64,000 bases of DNA from positions 62,001 to 126,000 of the forward strand of contig NIVC01001096.1 in assembly GCA_002269645.1 (NCBI GenBank), written 5' to 3'. This document shows, in pieces, positions 39,227 through 51,913 of the stretch. The position numbers and the translations under genes are program-made. The notes beneath the pieces were generated by a model. The model saw nothing but the letters and a program-made list of their open reading frames with translations, ran no database searches and was not told the DNA's origin. Numbering within the stretch: the stretch's first letter is position 1; each line of letters starts with the position of its first letter. Origin of the DNA: Macrostomum lignano (lineage: Eukaryota).

Positions 39227-39388
39227 ATGGCTACTTTGAATCAAATATTATTTTATGTACTGAACAATGACTACGCACAAATTCCTGTCGACTTGAACTC
39301 GAAAGAGAAAAGCAATTTGAAGAGGCGCATCAGGGAAAAGAGCAGAAATTTTGCATTCACGGATCGTACGGAATGTAAAATGTCTTGA
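39227..39388 (+). pseudogene. Truncated peptide resembling the N-terminus of GIN1/Ginger integrase-type transposases
   Basis: MATLNQILFYVLNNDYAQIPVDLNSKEKSNLKRRIREKSRNFAF resembles the L.QI.YY...Y......R..IRR.AK.F.F pattern that precedes the H2C2 zinc-binding domain. It stops early; assignment is by eye only. Confidence 0.35.
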
Positions 39389-39737
39389 AATGGAAAAAAT
39401 GACTGACATTGTTAGCGATTTTTACTACCTTTTATGCTTCGATGAAAATTGTTAAACGGTTAAGAGAAGGAAACTACAACACTCGTTGCACGATTACGAT
39501 TTCGGACTTTATAAAAATGGGGAGATCGGTAACCGGAGATCCTAAACCAAACCTTAGTTTTTGCACTCGAGACGGAGATCGGCAAACGGTGTAGAATCTC
39601 CGAGGGGATAACAGAATCTGGTTTTGGATCTCCGGATAGGGAGACCTGACCATGCCTCGGAGATCCCACAACGGTTACGGATCTCCGATCGTGGAGATCC
39701 CTAACCGTTTGTATTCTCCGAAGGAGATCCTAAACCC

Positions 39738-40281
39738 GGGTCCATGAGAATTGCCCGCAGACGAATTGCCCGCCGAGTTTTTTCCCGCCGAGGTTTGCCC
39801 GCAATCCTTTTTTCGCAGCGCATTTGGCAGCTAGATTCTGTCTATACATTGCTCCCCCCAAAATATGCATTTGATATGCAGTTACTATCAAAACGTTTTG
39901 ATCGTGTAAATCTCTTTATTAAGATTAACACGTACTAAGCATTGGGAAGGCAATGCAGACAAAATCTGCCGCGTGGCTAAATGCGCTGCAGGAAAATTGC
40001 ACTGCGGGAAAACCTCGGCGGGAAAAAACTCGGCGGGCAATTCGCTCGCGGGCAAATTGCATTGCGGGCAATTCTCGGCGGGCAATTCTCGGCGGGCAAT
40101 TCTCGGCGGGCAATTCTCGGCGGGCAAATCTCCACGGGCAAATCTCCACGGGCAAATCTCCACGGGCAAATCTCCACGGGCAAATCTCCACGGGCAAATC
40201 TCCACGGGCAAATCTCCACGGGCAAATCTCCACGGGCAAATCTCCACGGGCAATTCGTCTGCGGGCATTTCTCGTGCTCCC
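39738..40281. mobile_element. MULE/Mutator-like MITE, 544 bp, 9-bp TSD
   Basis: TIRs GGGTCCATGAGAATTGCCCGCAGACGAATTGCCCG vs GGGAGCACGAGAAATGCCCGCAGACGAATTGCCCG (reverse complement of the right end). Perfect TSD CCTAAACCC at 39729-39737 and 40282-40290. 14-bp subterminal tandem repeats (GGGCAAATCTCCAC, GGCAATTCTCGGCG). Confidence 0.85.
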
Positions 40282-41087
40282 CCTAAACCCTTTAAGAAGC
40301 CCCGGAGTTTCTAAACCGTAATACCGGCTTTAGTTTATGGAATAGCGGCGTTGTTCTCTGTGGTCCATTCGTCGATCGGGTGCCTCCGCTTTTGGTCACT
40401 CTGGCGACCTCGCTGTCCGAGAAGCCTACTAGGCCCCGCCGTACTCAGGTGAACTTCATTGCAGCCACGATAATTGATGATTAATTAGCCTCAAAAAGTA
40501 AATTGTTTCATAAAAAATGATAATTCTGTTTTTTGCAACAGTTTTATTAAAAATTTGATTGCCACTGCTGGATATTAGCCGGCATTTAATGTAGAGACCA
40601 TGCAGATGCGTGTAAATTCCGTTAATTACATAAACTCAACCACGGTGCGTAAGTCTCTTTATTAATCAACGAAATTCTGAGCAACAGACTTTGCTGCCGC
40701 CGCCCGCCGGCCGCCGCTGCCGCCACTGAGTCTCGACTACAGGAGAGGGGGGCCCTGCAGACCGTGACAGCCCCGCTCTCGCGTCAACTGGTCCCTGGAT
40801 AAATGATGCTTGTAATGAGTAATAAAAACTAGCTTTCATATTAGAGATAAGTTTATTAGGATCTGAGGAAGGAGGGGGGTTGCTGGGCTGACCACACCGA
40901 TGCAGCTGCAGAGACAAATTTGCTTTCTATATGCGTAGTTTTTTAATGACCAAAAAGTAAGTGTGGGATAAAACTGACTGCCCGTATTGCCGCGCGGTCC
41001 CCGCGCTCTCATTCAGGGACTGCTGAATGAGCAGCAAAGATTCAACTGGATTGGAAACTATGAATTGAAATTTAATTTCAAAGCAAC

Positions 41088-42105
41088 CAGTATGGCGCCA
41101 CTATAGACATCATGACATCACATCTATGGTGTCTAATTACCATGCAGTATAGATACCAATGTGACGCCACTATAGACACCAGTATGGCGCCACTATAGAC
41201 ACCATTTTGGCGCTATTAGACACCAGTATGGCGCCACTCTATACACCAATGTGGCGCCACTATAGACACCAGTATGGCGCCACTATAGACACCAGTATGG
41301 CGCCACTATAGACACCATTATAGCGCCATTAGACACCAGTATGGCGCCACTATAGACACCATTATAGCGCCATTAGACACCAGTATGGCGCCACTATAGA
41401 CACCATTATAGTGCCATTAGACACCAGTATGGCGCCACTATAGACACCAGTATGGCGCCACTATAGACACCAGTATGGCGCCACTATAGACACCAATGTG
41501 GCGCCACTATAGACACCAGTATGGCGCCATTAGACACCAGTATGGCGCCACTATAGACACCAGTATGGCGCCATTAGACACCAGTATGGCGCCACTATAG
41601 ACACCAATGTGGCGCCACTATAGACACCAGTATGGCGCCACTCTATACACCAATATGGCGCCACTATAGACACCAGTATGGCGCCACTATAGACACCAGT
41701 ATGGTGCCACTATAGACACCAATGTGGCGCCACTATAGACACCAGTATGGCGTCACTATAGACACCAATGTGGCGCCACTATAGACACCAGTATGGCGCC
41801 ATTAGACACCAGTATGGCGCCACTATAGACACCAATGTGGCGCCACTATAGACACCAGTATGGCGCCATTAGACACCAGTATGGCGCCACTATAGACACC
41901 AATGTGGCGCCACTATAGACACCAGTATGGCGCCATTAGACACCAGTATGGCGCCACTATAGACACCAATGTGGCGCCACTATAGACACCAGTATGGCGC
42001 CACTATAGACACCAATGTGGCGCCACTATAGACACCAGTATGGCGCCACTATAGACACCAGTATGGCGCCACTATAGACACCAGTATGGCGCGGTGGCGC
42101 CACTA
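41088..42105. repeat. 21-23-bp minisatellite
   Basis: Unit TATAGACACCAGTATGGCGCCAC and variants. Confidence 0.95.
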
Positions 42106-44189
42106 TCGAAACCAATGTCTTTTGGGTCTGGGCTTGACGCTCAAGAATCTCAGGACAAGCTTTAATCCATGAGGTTCCCTAATTCCCAGTCCAGATCGCT
42201 TATCAACAATAATAGCAGTCCTTGTGCCGCATCCAGCATCAAAGGTAAGTGAAGCTTCTAGAATCAAATGCAGATAGCGGCAACCGCCTGGGGTTGGTTG
42301 ACGATACCTGTCTGAAATAAAAGTGTGCTGTCCCATAGTCTCCAAGCGGTCTGGGACGCCCGCGGGTGCCTTATCATCACATTATAAGCTCTCCCCACCT
42401 GTACACTGAGTCCCGCTTAATTACTGAAAATGGATTACTAATCCATGCTTCATAGCGCCGGTAGCTAGCAAGAAATTATTTTAAAATATGATAAGAGCAG
42501 TCAAATTCAGCTATCCTGATCCAGCGTTTTGGGAAGTGCTATAGACAGTAAATTTTCCTCTGATTTTTTTGACAGTCTTCAGAATGAAGGCAACGGAGAC
42601 TGGAGACATCTGTGATGAATAAATGATATTTTTTTCAGGAAAGTGGCCTCCAAAAATTACACGACGATCGTTGAGTTTTACGCCCTGTTAAAGTGGTCCT
42701 TGCGTCCTCGGCTGAAGGGGTGCTTCGCTGAAGGAGGGTAGCGCCGCTCAGTGCAGAGTATGGGCGGCCATCCTCATCACTCTGCAGTTCACATTTCCTG
42801 CATCAATGAAACAGATTGCACAGTGGGACCTGTACAGGTATAGTTAAGCTTGGCCACAACACCTTCAGATTGGTTTAATAGCCCATGCAGGGTGACCAAC
42901 TCATAAACGGATTATTAATTATGATTATTATCAGACCAGACCCACACCCTAAAAATGCCCCCACACTGTATAAAAGATAACCGCTGTTCATCAGCGCTCT
43001 GATGAAAGGCAAGGCTGTGTGACTCTTCTCTTTCATCTGGTTTCCAACCACCGCCTCGAGCCTCCCGCATCTGCCCACATGTTGCTCGCAGTTTTAGCTC
43101 AACTGCTCACTGCTCACCCCCCATACCACCGAGTTTTGCTGCTGGTTCAAAAACTTTTCAAAGAGTCAAAGTGGTGCTCTGTCCCCCCCAACCCCTCCAT
43201 AACCCGCGCCTCCATCGACACCAAATTAAATTGAAATCCCTCTCCACTCACACACACACAATGATGGAATTCCCTCGCTTACTGACTGATAACTGCCTCA
43301 GATGCTGCTGGACTGCAGGCCCGCAGAAAAATAAATATTATAGGTAGGGTAGATACGGACCACTTTCAGTCTGCCCATCGGTTAGCTCATGGAGCTCCAG
43401 TAGTTTCATCTGGATTGGGAGCAAGGATTTTTTTGCTTGACTTGGAAACTGCATCAACCCGAGCCAGGCAGGGTAGGGTGATCTTGCTTGGGCCACTTTA
43501 ACTTTCTACATCTTTTTACACAGTTAAAATTTAAAAGTCTAAGGTAAAAATAGACTTCCTCGATGGAATCTCACCCACTCCAGGTACCGTTAGTTGCTGT
43601 CCATGACAAAGCTGACTCTATATTGGAGAAACGATGATTATTCACAAGCCTCCGGGAGACCGGTAGGGTGGGCCGGACCCTCAGCTTCGGGAAGGGGTGG
43701 TGCAGTTAGCGCGGCACAGGTGTCTGGGTGTGAGCAGTGGTGACTAAAGCAATGTTGCATTTTCTGCTGGCGCGGGCAGCAGCAGCAAACTCAAAATGGA
43801 TTATGGAGGCTGACTGACCGGACTCCCACAGCATATAATTATCACTTGAAACTGTTGCTTGCACAGATCAAATCTAATATTAGAAATCGTGCCTAAATCA
43901 TCTTTCAGTTCTAATGCAGCTCAACAAGAGACAGAGAGACAGACTAAATGACTAAAATACTCGTAATTCATACAACCCAAGTGGGTGGCAAATATATTAT
44001 GAAGACAAAGCGACCCCGTAGATGTGGTCATTTCTGTTTTAATCAGGGCCCCGTCAATATCATTTTGTAATTAGCGTTGAAAAGCTAAAAAATAAAATTG
44101 ATTGCTTAGCAAAGTCTCATCAATAATTCTCTGCTAAAACTGCCGTATTGCAGCAGAGTGACCGTCTTTCAGGTCAGCTAATGCCGCAG

Positions 44190-44770
44190 TGTCTGACACA
44201 GTGCCGCTACCCCCTGACACCAAATCTGACACAGTGCCGCTACCCCCTGACACCAAATCTGACACAGTGCCGCTACCCCCTGACACCAAATCTGACACAG
44301 TGCCGCTACCCCCTGACACCAAATCTGACACAGTGCCGCTACCCCCTGTCACTATCTGACACAGTGCCGCTACCCCTCTGACAGCGTCTGACACAAACGT
44401 TGGCCCCAACCATCTGACACAGATATGAGCCCAACCATCTGACACAGACATTGGCCCCAACCATCTGACACAGACATTGGCCCCAACCATCTGACACAGA
44501 CATTGGCCCCAACCATCTGACACAGACTTTGGCCCCAACCATCTGACACAGACATTGGCCCCAACCATCTGACACAGACATGAGCCCCAACCAATCTGAC
44601 ACAGCCATTGGCCCCACTGACACAGCCATTGGCCCCACCATCTGACACAGACATTGGCCCCAACCATCTGACACAGACATTGGCCCCACCATCTGACACC
44701 CATTGGCCCCACCATCTGACACAGCCATTGGCCCAAAGATATCACACAGATGGGGCCACCATCTGACTGA
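44190..44770 (-). repeat. Compound minisatellite: 33-bp unit then 26-bp TGTGTCAGAT-family unit
   Basis: ATCTGACACAGTGCCGCTACCCCCTGACACCAA (44190-44390), then ATCTGACACAGACATTGGCCCCAACC (44390-44770). Confidence 0.9.
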
Positions 44771-45118
44771 CCAATTTTTTTCTTTGGATACAGAAACCCT
44801 AAGCCAATTTTTTAAAGGTAACTCGCTTTGCTGTAAATGAAGATACGCTATAGTTTTTTATCGAAAAGCTACATAATTTATTCTACAGGACAAATGACAC
44901 TACTTCAAGTAGTTCGTATTCAATTCAGTATTTAGTGTTAAGAAAAGCTTCTGAAAAAATTGTCTATGGTTAAAGTTATCAACCGATTCAAGTCTAGTCT
45001 AGGCATTGTAGAATTTCAGCGATAGAAGGCGCACGGAAGCATCACTAATCTGTCTGAGAAACCAACAAAATTAAAAAGAACATTCCAATAATTTTCGACA
45101 ACGCACCAACCTGGAATC

Positions 45119-48100
45119 ATGAGTCCAACAAGCGGTCCAGATGTCATTAATGGTTGGAAAATTGTCACAACAGAAGAGACTGTTGTTGAGTCCTACTCTT
45201 TAGAGGTAAGGTATGATTAAATTATGATTCGTTTATTAATAGAATTCAGACGGAATTCCAGGATGTCAGGATGTCAGAATGTCAAAATCTCAGAATGTCA
45301 GAATGTCAGAAGTTCCGGATGTCCGGATGTCCGGATGTCCGGATGTTCGGATGTTCGGATGTCCAGATGTCAGGATGTCAAAATGTCAGGATATCAGGAT
45401 TTCAGAATGTCAGGATGTCAGGATGTCAGGTTGTCAGAAGTTCCGGATGTCCGGATGTCCGGATGTTCGGATGTTCGGATGTCCAGATGTCAGGATGTCA
45501 AAATGTCAGGATATCAGGATTTCAGAATGTCAGGATGTCAGGATGTCAGGATGTCAGAGACGTCATTTGGGGAGTGGTCGAAGGAAGCTCGAAGTTTCCT
45601 AGGCTCAATACTTCACAACTTTGAGTTAGTGTAATTTTGAGCTTGTGAAAGCGACGCGGTTCGATTTGTGTTTGATTTTGTTGATAAAACAAAATATTAG
45701 AAGCTTCAACCCCGCCTCGCCTCGCCGCAAACGCAATATGGTTGTATTTTTCGACACCCTCCTGTCACTGCAGACGACAATGACAGTCACCACAGAGTAC
45801 AGCGACGGGACCAAAACTCAGAGTAAGACGTGCACAACAACAAAGAAAGACAGTTCAGTTGTCACCGGTCTCACCACAAAGCAGGTCCACTCAGTGTATG
45901 GCCAGGACATCAGCTGCATCTCCAAGCAGCTCAATCTTATGCTCAAAGACAACTCATTGGCTGCCGATTACCTGCCAGTGGATGAGGTCAGCCTGTACAC
46001 CGGCATGCTGGATGGCATCCTGCTCTGCGCCATGGTCAACCTGCTCCAGCCGGACACCATCGACCTCAGCGCCGTGACCAGACGTTCCGACCTGAATAAT
46101 TGTCCACCTGAGAATGCAGAGCAGCTGAAGATTCAGAATCGAAATTTAGGATTCTGTTTGTTAAAACCGTTGGGCGTGTCCATTGATAGCTTGAAAGTTC
46201 AAGAGATGCTGGAAAAGGGCTGTGTATTCGCTCTGACCAGCATACTTATTCAAGTGCTGCGATTAACTACGATTGGTAGAATGAATTTCAAGGAACACGA
46301 AGTGTTGGTGTACCTGTTCGATGGGTGGTCGAATCCCGAGGAAGCCAGGTGTGAATTATTTACTTGGAGTTCAGTATCTTTTCGTGGTGGTTTCAAACTG
46401 TGTCTCAACCTGTCTCTCAATCTATGTCTCGATCTGCGTCTCAATCTGTCTCAGTCTGTCTCAATCTGTGTCTCAGTCTGTGTCTCAGTCTGTGTCTCAA
46501 TCTGTATCTCGATCTGTGTCTCAATCTGTGTCTCAATCTGTGTCTCGATCTGTGTCTCAATCTGTGTCTCAATCTGTGTCTCAGTCTGTGTCTCAATCTG
46601 TATCTCGATCTGTGTCTCGATCTGTGTCTCAATCTGTATCTCAGTCTGTGTCTCAGTCTGTGTCTCAATCTGTATCTCAGTCTGTGTCTCAGTCTGTGTC
46701 TCAATCTGTATCTCAGTCTGTGTCTCAGTCTGTGTCTCAATCTGTGTCTCGATCTGTGTCTCAGTCTGTGTCTCAATCTGTATCTCGATCTGTGTCTCGA
46801 TCTGTGTCTCAGTCTGTGTCTCAATCTGTGTCTCAGTCTGTGTCTCTATCTGTATCTCGATCTGTGTCTCAATCTGTGTCTCAATCTGTGTCTCAGTCTG
46901 TGTCTCAGTCTGTGTCTCAGTCTGTGTCTCAGTCTGTGTCTCAGTCTGTGTCTCAGTCTGTGTCTCAGTCTGTGTCTTAATTCTTGTTTTTTATTACCTG
47001 CCCTAATGGCCAAATGTCGAACCGACAGCTCAGCCGCAGCTATCTGAAGGCTTCCACTAGTAGGCTACAAACCCTTTTCCGTGATGGATGATCTGTAAGC
47101 TTAAGCTCAGTGAGTAAGCAAAGTTCTTCTTGAAGTTCTCTTGCTAGCCAACTGGGAATGTTTCACAAAATCATAACAAATGGAGAGTTGAAACTTTTTT
47201 CGCATCATCCGCAGAGAGATTCTTGCCACCGGCCGTGAAGAGATGCTACTCCGCTGGGTGAACTACCAGATGAAACAGGCAGGAACCGATCTCGAGGTGA
47301 AAGAGGTCGGCAAGAGCTTAGCAGACTGCAGCATCTACGCCAACCTGCTCTGGGCAGTCTGTCCCATCGCTAAGCGGGGCGCCCTCATGCCCATTGGCGA
47401 CGTCTTGAAGCCGGACAGTTTCGTCACCCGGGCGGAACGCGTGATTTCTAACGCCAGCAAGTTGAACATCGCTGACGTAATCACGCCGCAGCACATCGCC
47501 CACGCTGGCGAAGAGACGGACACGATAGCTGGTCTGCATCGAGTCTCTCTGAATGCCGCCTTTCTCTACAACATATTCTCCAGCTATCCCAATATTAAGG
47601 TGCCGAAAATGAAGACACCAACGCCGTCAACGGACGCCGATGCTGTAGTAGACGAATCGCTCAGAGAGCAGCTGAGATCCTGGTGCAAACGCGGCGCCTC
47701 CGAGGAGACTCTGATCCGCTGGCTGAACTCGTTCGGACCCTCGGATCCTGTGCAGTCGATTGAATCCGATCTGTGCAACGGCAGCGTCCTGCTCCAGGTG
47801 AGAACCGATCGATTAGCTAATCGATCAATCAAGGGATTTTTATCAATTAACTTACTGCTTTAATCCAGGTGTGGGAAGCCATGATCCCCGGCTCAGTCGC
47901 GTGGTCCAAGGTAAATCTCAAAGTCTACAGCTCGACGGTAGTGCAGAATACTAAGCGCAAATTCCAATGGATGTGCAACTGCGAAGAGGTGCTCAACTGC
48001 GCCATCAAGGCGGGCATCCCCAGGAACTGCTGCAGCCCGGCCGAACTAGCGAGCGGCCACGCAAAGAACACCATGTCGCTGGTGTTTCAAATGATGCGCC

Positions 48101-51100
48101 TGCACGCGCAGCTGTCGCGCAAGTGCACAATCAGCGGAGTCGGCAGAGGAAAAAAAGTAGCCGACCTCGACGACGCCGAACTGGTGAAATGGTTCAACAC
48201 CAAGATTTCTACTTTTGGTTCCGATTTTCAACTGACGAATCTAGGAGTGAGTCAAAACTTTCAGTGACTTTGCTAATCAAAGTTTTTAGCGAGGTAGTAA
48301 AGCGTCCGAGTCTCCCGCCAAAGGCTCCTGAGTTTGATTCTATGCGCGGATCATTGGGCTCGTGCATCAAATGAAATAGTCAACTTTAGGCACCAAGGTG
48401 GCTCCAAAGCATAATCCAACCTCCAAGGGGATGATCCAACCTCCAAGGGGATGATCCAACCTCCATGGGGGATGATCCAACCTCCATGAGGATGATCCAA
48501 CCTCCATGGGGGATGATCCTACCTCCATGGGGGATGATCCAACCTCCAAGGGATGATCTAATCTGCATGGGGATGATCCAACCTCCATGGGGATGATCCA
48601 ACCTCCAAAGTATGATCTAATCTGCATGGGGATGATCCAACCTCCATGGGGGGTGATCCAACCTCCATGGGGGATGATCCTACCTCCATGGGGGATGATC
48701 CAACCTCCAAGGGATGATCTAATCTGCATGGGGATGATCCAACCTCCATGGGGATGATCCAACCTCCAAAGTATGATCTAATCTGCATGGGGATGATCCA
48801 ACCTCCATGGGGGGTGATCCAACCTCCATGGGGGATGATCCTACCTCCAAGGGATGATCCTACATCCAAGGGATGATCCAACCTCCATTGGGGATGATCC
48901 TACCTCCAAGGGATGATCCAACCTCCATGGGGGATGATCCTACCTCCAAAGTATGATCCAACCTCCATGGGGGATGATCCTACCTCCAAAGTATGATCTA
49001 ATCTGCATGGGGATGATCCAACCTCCATGGGGGGTGATCCAACCTCCATGGGGGATGATCCTACCTCCAAGGGATGATCCTACATCCAAGGGATGATCCA
49101 ACCTCCATTGGGGATGATCCAACCTCCATGGGGGATGATCCAACCTCCATTGGGGATGATCCTACCTCCAAGGGATGATCCAACCTCCATGGGGGATGAT
49201 CCTACCTCCAAAGTATGATCTAATCTGCATGGGAATGATCCAACCTCCATGGGGGGTGATCCAACTTCCATGGGGGATGATCCTACCTCCAAGGGATGAT
49301 CCAACCTCCATGGGGGATGATCCAACCTCCAAGGGATGATCTAATCTGCATGGGGATGATCCAACCTCCATGGGGGATGATCCAACCTCCAAGGGATGAT
49401 CTAATCTGCATGGGGATGATCCAACCTCCATGGGGGATGATCCAACCTCCAAGGGATGATCTAATCTGCATGGGGATGATCCAACCTCCATGGGGGATGA
49501 TCCAACCTCCAAGGGGGATGATCCAACCTCCAAGGGATGATCTAATCTGCATGGGGATGATCCAACCTCCAAGGGATAATCGAATCTGCATGGGGATGAT
49601 CCAACCTCCATGGGGATGATTCAACCTCCATGGGGGATGATCCAACCTCCATGGGGGATGATCCAACCTCCATGGGGGGTGATCCAACCTCCATGGGGGA
49701 CGATCCAACCTCCAAGGGATGATCTAATCTGCATGGGGATGATCCAACCTCCATGGGGGATGATCCAACCTCCATGGGGATAATCCAACCTCCATGGGGA
49801 TAATCCAACCTCCAAGGGGATGAGCCAAACTCCAAGGGGATGATCCAACCTTTATGGGAATGATCTACTCTCCATGGGGATGATCCAACCTCCATGGGAA
49901 TAATCCAATCTCCAAGGGGATGATCCAACCTCCATGAAGATAATCCAATCTCTATGGGAATGATCTAATCTTCATGGAGATGATCCAACCTCCATGGGAA
50001 TGATCTAATCTCCATGGAGATGAGCCAACCTTCAAGGCGTAGACCAAACCCCTATTTAAACTGCTGCCTTGATTTGACGGTTAGGGGGCTCCCAAATCCG
50101 TCAAGTAGTCCGTCACTAAGTACGCTCGTAGTTTTAGCTTGATTCTTATCGAATTATCTCTTAATCAAAGAATTAAAATAAACACGCACACAGGATTTGC
50201 GACTGAAGAACACCAACGTTATTGGATATTTTGGCGAGAGACTTCTCGTAGAGATTGGTCTATGCTTCCGATTCACTGCGCACTCTCATCAGAAGCAGAG
50301 TGGAGAAACTCCAGCACTGCCACCGCCGTCTCCGCTGCCGGCACTAACGGCGCCACCGCCGCCGCCGCCGCCGCCGCCTCCACCGCCTCCTCCACCGCCA
50401 CCGCCGTCACCACCACCTCAGTCTCCGCCGCCGCCACCACCGCCACCACCACCGCCACCTCCGCAGGAAACCCAGCTAGTTTTGAAGCCACCGCAGCAGG
50501 TGGTGCCACAAAAGACTCCGACGCCACCGCCGCCGCCGACGCCGCCGCCGCCACCTCCACAGTCTCCAAAGAATTCGCCGCAACAGAAACCTTCGTTGCC
50601 AGGGGCTGGTAGCAAAGCGTCTGAACAGCCGAAACTTTTGAAAGACAGCGGCTCAGGAACTAGCAAATCGTCTAACCAAATGAGCACCCTTGCCGTACCG
50701 CAGAAGCAACCGCAAAACTCAGGCGGAAAAGGCAATTCGTCGAGTGGAAAAACATCCGGTAATTCGTCGAGTGGAAAGACGGCCGGCAATTCATCGAGCG
50801 GGAAGACGTCCGGCAATTCGACGAGCGGAAAGACGTCCGGAAATTCGACGAGCGGAAAGACGTCCGGAAATTCGACGAGCGGGAAACCTTCCGGCAACCG
50901 ATCGTATACCAGTTTCACCAGTACGTCTTCAAAATCGTCGAAGAGCTACAGCAAGACGACATCATCTTCTAGCTACTCCAAGTGGTCGTATGGCAACCGG
51001 AACGCAGCTGATGAAGATCAGGAAAATGCGATTGAGGAGGCTGAAACTCAGGAGACGCCCGATCTGCAGGATCTCGAGAGCGCTAACAACGATCCCAACG

Positions 51101-51294
51101 ACGGCGACTGGATATTCGAGAAGGTGTCGCCTGTTTCCGGCGAAGCGTTGACGCAGTTCTCTGTCGCCGCGATTCTCATGTTCAACAAGGCTGGCATCGT
51201 TGTGTACGCCAGTCACCTGGGTCCCGACACCGATTCTACTGTGTACCGCAGCATTCTGATGGAGCTCAACGCGCTGTCCTTGAAGAAGGCCTAA
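45119..51294 (+). CDS. Divergent plastin/fimbrin-like multi-CH-domain protein, copy A, 907 aa; exons 45119-45205, 45774-46348, 47215-47797, 47869-48246, 50194-51294
   Basis: CH1 DGILLCAMVNLLQPDTID, CH2 EEMLLRWVNYQM..LADCSIYANLL..AFLYNIFSSYPNI, CH3 [22 protein letters not shown]|VWEAMIPGSVAWSKVN, CH4 start DDAELVKWFN. These match plastin (DGIVLCKMINLSVPDTID; EELLLRWANFHL; ERTFRNWMNSLG; DDIIVNWVN). GT-AG introns of phase 0, 2, 0, 0 give 2724 nt in frame. Exon 1 is inferred. Confidence 0.85.
45258..45560. repeat. 8-bp CAGGATGT-type repeat with a 128-bp internal duplication (copy A intron 1)
   Basis: The same block starts at 45311 and 45439. Confidence 0.85.
46398..46978. repeat. 12-bp TCTGTGTCTCAA/G repeat (copy A intron 2)
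   Basis: Direct reading. Confidence 0.95.
46990..47050 (-). mobile_element. 3'-tail fragment of the SINE family seen at 29633-29912
   Basis: ACCTGCCCTAATGGCCAAATGTCGAACCGACAGCTCAGCCGCAGCTA matches ACCTGCCCCGATTGGGCCAGATGTGCAACCGGCAGCTCAGCCGCAGCTA at about 29651-29699. Confidence 0.65.
48408..50030. repeat. About 20-bp GGGGATGATCCAACCTCCAT minisatellite (copy A intron 4)
   Basis: Variable G-run length; longer internal duplications are present. Confidence 0.95.
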
Positions 51295-51668
51295 AAAGGC
51301 TTTTGATTGATTTTGAAATTTATTTATACGCTGGCGTTGTCTCCTGTTTTCTCAGTTTGGCTTGAAGTAACTGCGACCAAAAGCATTAAACAGCTACACA
51401 TGTAGAAAAAGTGCAAAACACCTTCATTAAAAGTGCCCAATCCGAAACGCCAACCAAACCAGAGCTTATTAATAAAACTTCAATGCCGTAATGAAGTGCA
51501 AGTCTATTCTAGCATCGATTATCACAAATTTTGTTTGTTTTTGTATTTCGAATTTTCTATTGTGCTTCGATGAAGGATTCCTACTGACAGTGTGAAACTA
51601 TTTGGCACAATTTTAGCAAGCAACTCCTTGCACATCTGTTCTATTAGAACGATTAGAAAACATTTTCC

Positions 51669-51700
<32 letters not shown>

Positions 51701-51707
51701 TAGATAG

Positions 51708-51913
51708 CGAGAAAGAGCGAGCGAAGCGAGCTCTTTCGAGCTTGCTTGCCGCAGCCAATCAAGCTGAAAGCACGCACACAAGATCACCGGAAACGATTAA
51801 GGCAGCTGGAAAGCCAATGGGCGCGGTAAGCGCTTTTATCCAGAGGAACTACCTGATGGAACCAGCCATGCCGAACGAAAATCAGACTACTCAAGTAGTG
51901 CAAAAGAGTGCGT
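51708..51913. mobile_element. Small putative non-autonomous element embedded in (TAGA)n
   Basis: About 205 bp of unique sequence between (TAGA)n tracts (51670-51707, 51914-51933). It begins with the hairpin GAAAGAGC-gagcgaagcga-GCTCTTTC (51711-51737). Confidence 0.45.

Larger units (their letters stand above)
38784..40323. mobile_element. Ginger1-like DNA transposon derivative (deleted, interrupted by a MITE)
   Basis: CCGG direct repeats flank both ends (38780-38783, 40324-40327). Imperfect TIRs are TGTTAGGGTTT..CTCCGGAG vs TATTACGGTTT..CTCCGGGG. There are many GGAGATCC/GGATCTCC motifs and an internal peptide resembling a GIN/Ginger integrase N-terminus. Confidence 0.5.

Noticed and set aside
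42985-43040. Possible hammerhead ribozyme (CTGATGA followed by a hairpin)
   Set aside because: No GAAA after stem II and no stem I/III pairing with an NUH site could be found by eye.
46349-47006. Hydrophobic (VSVC/ISIC)n C-terminal extension of ORF 45645-47006, suggestive of a membrane tail
   Set aside because: Read-through into intron 2; the donor at 46349 matches the phase-2 donors of copies B and C.
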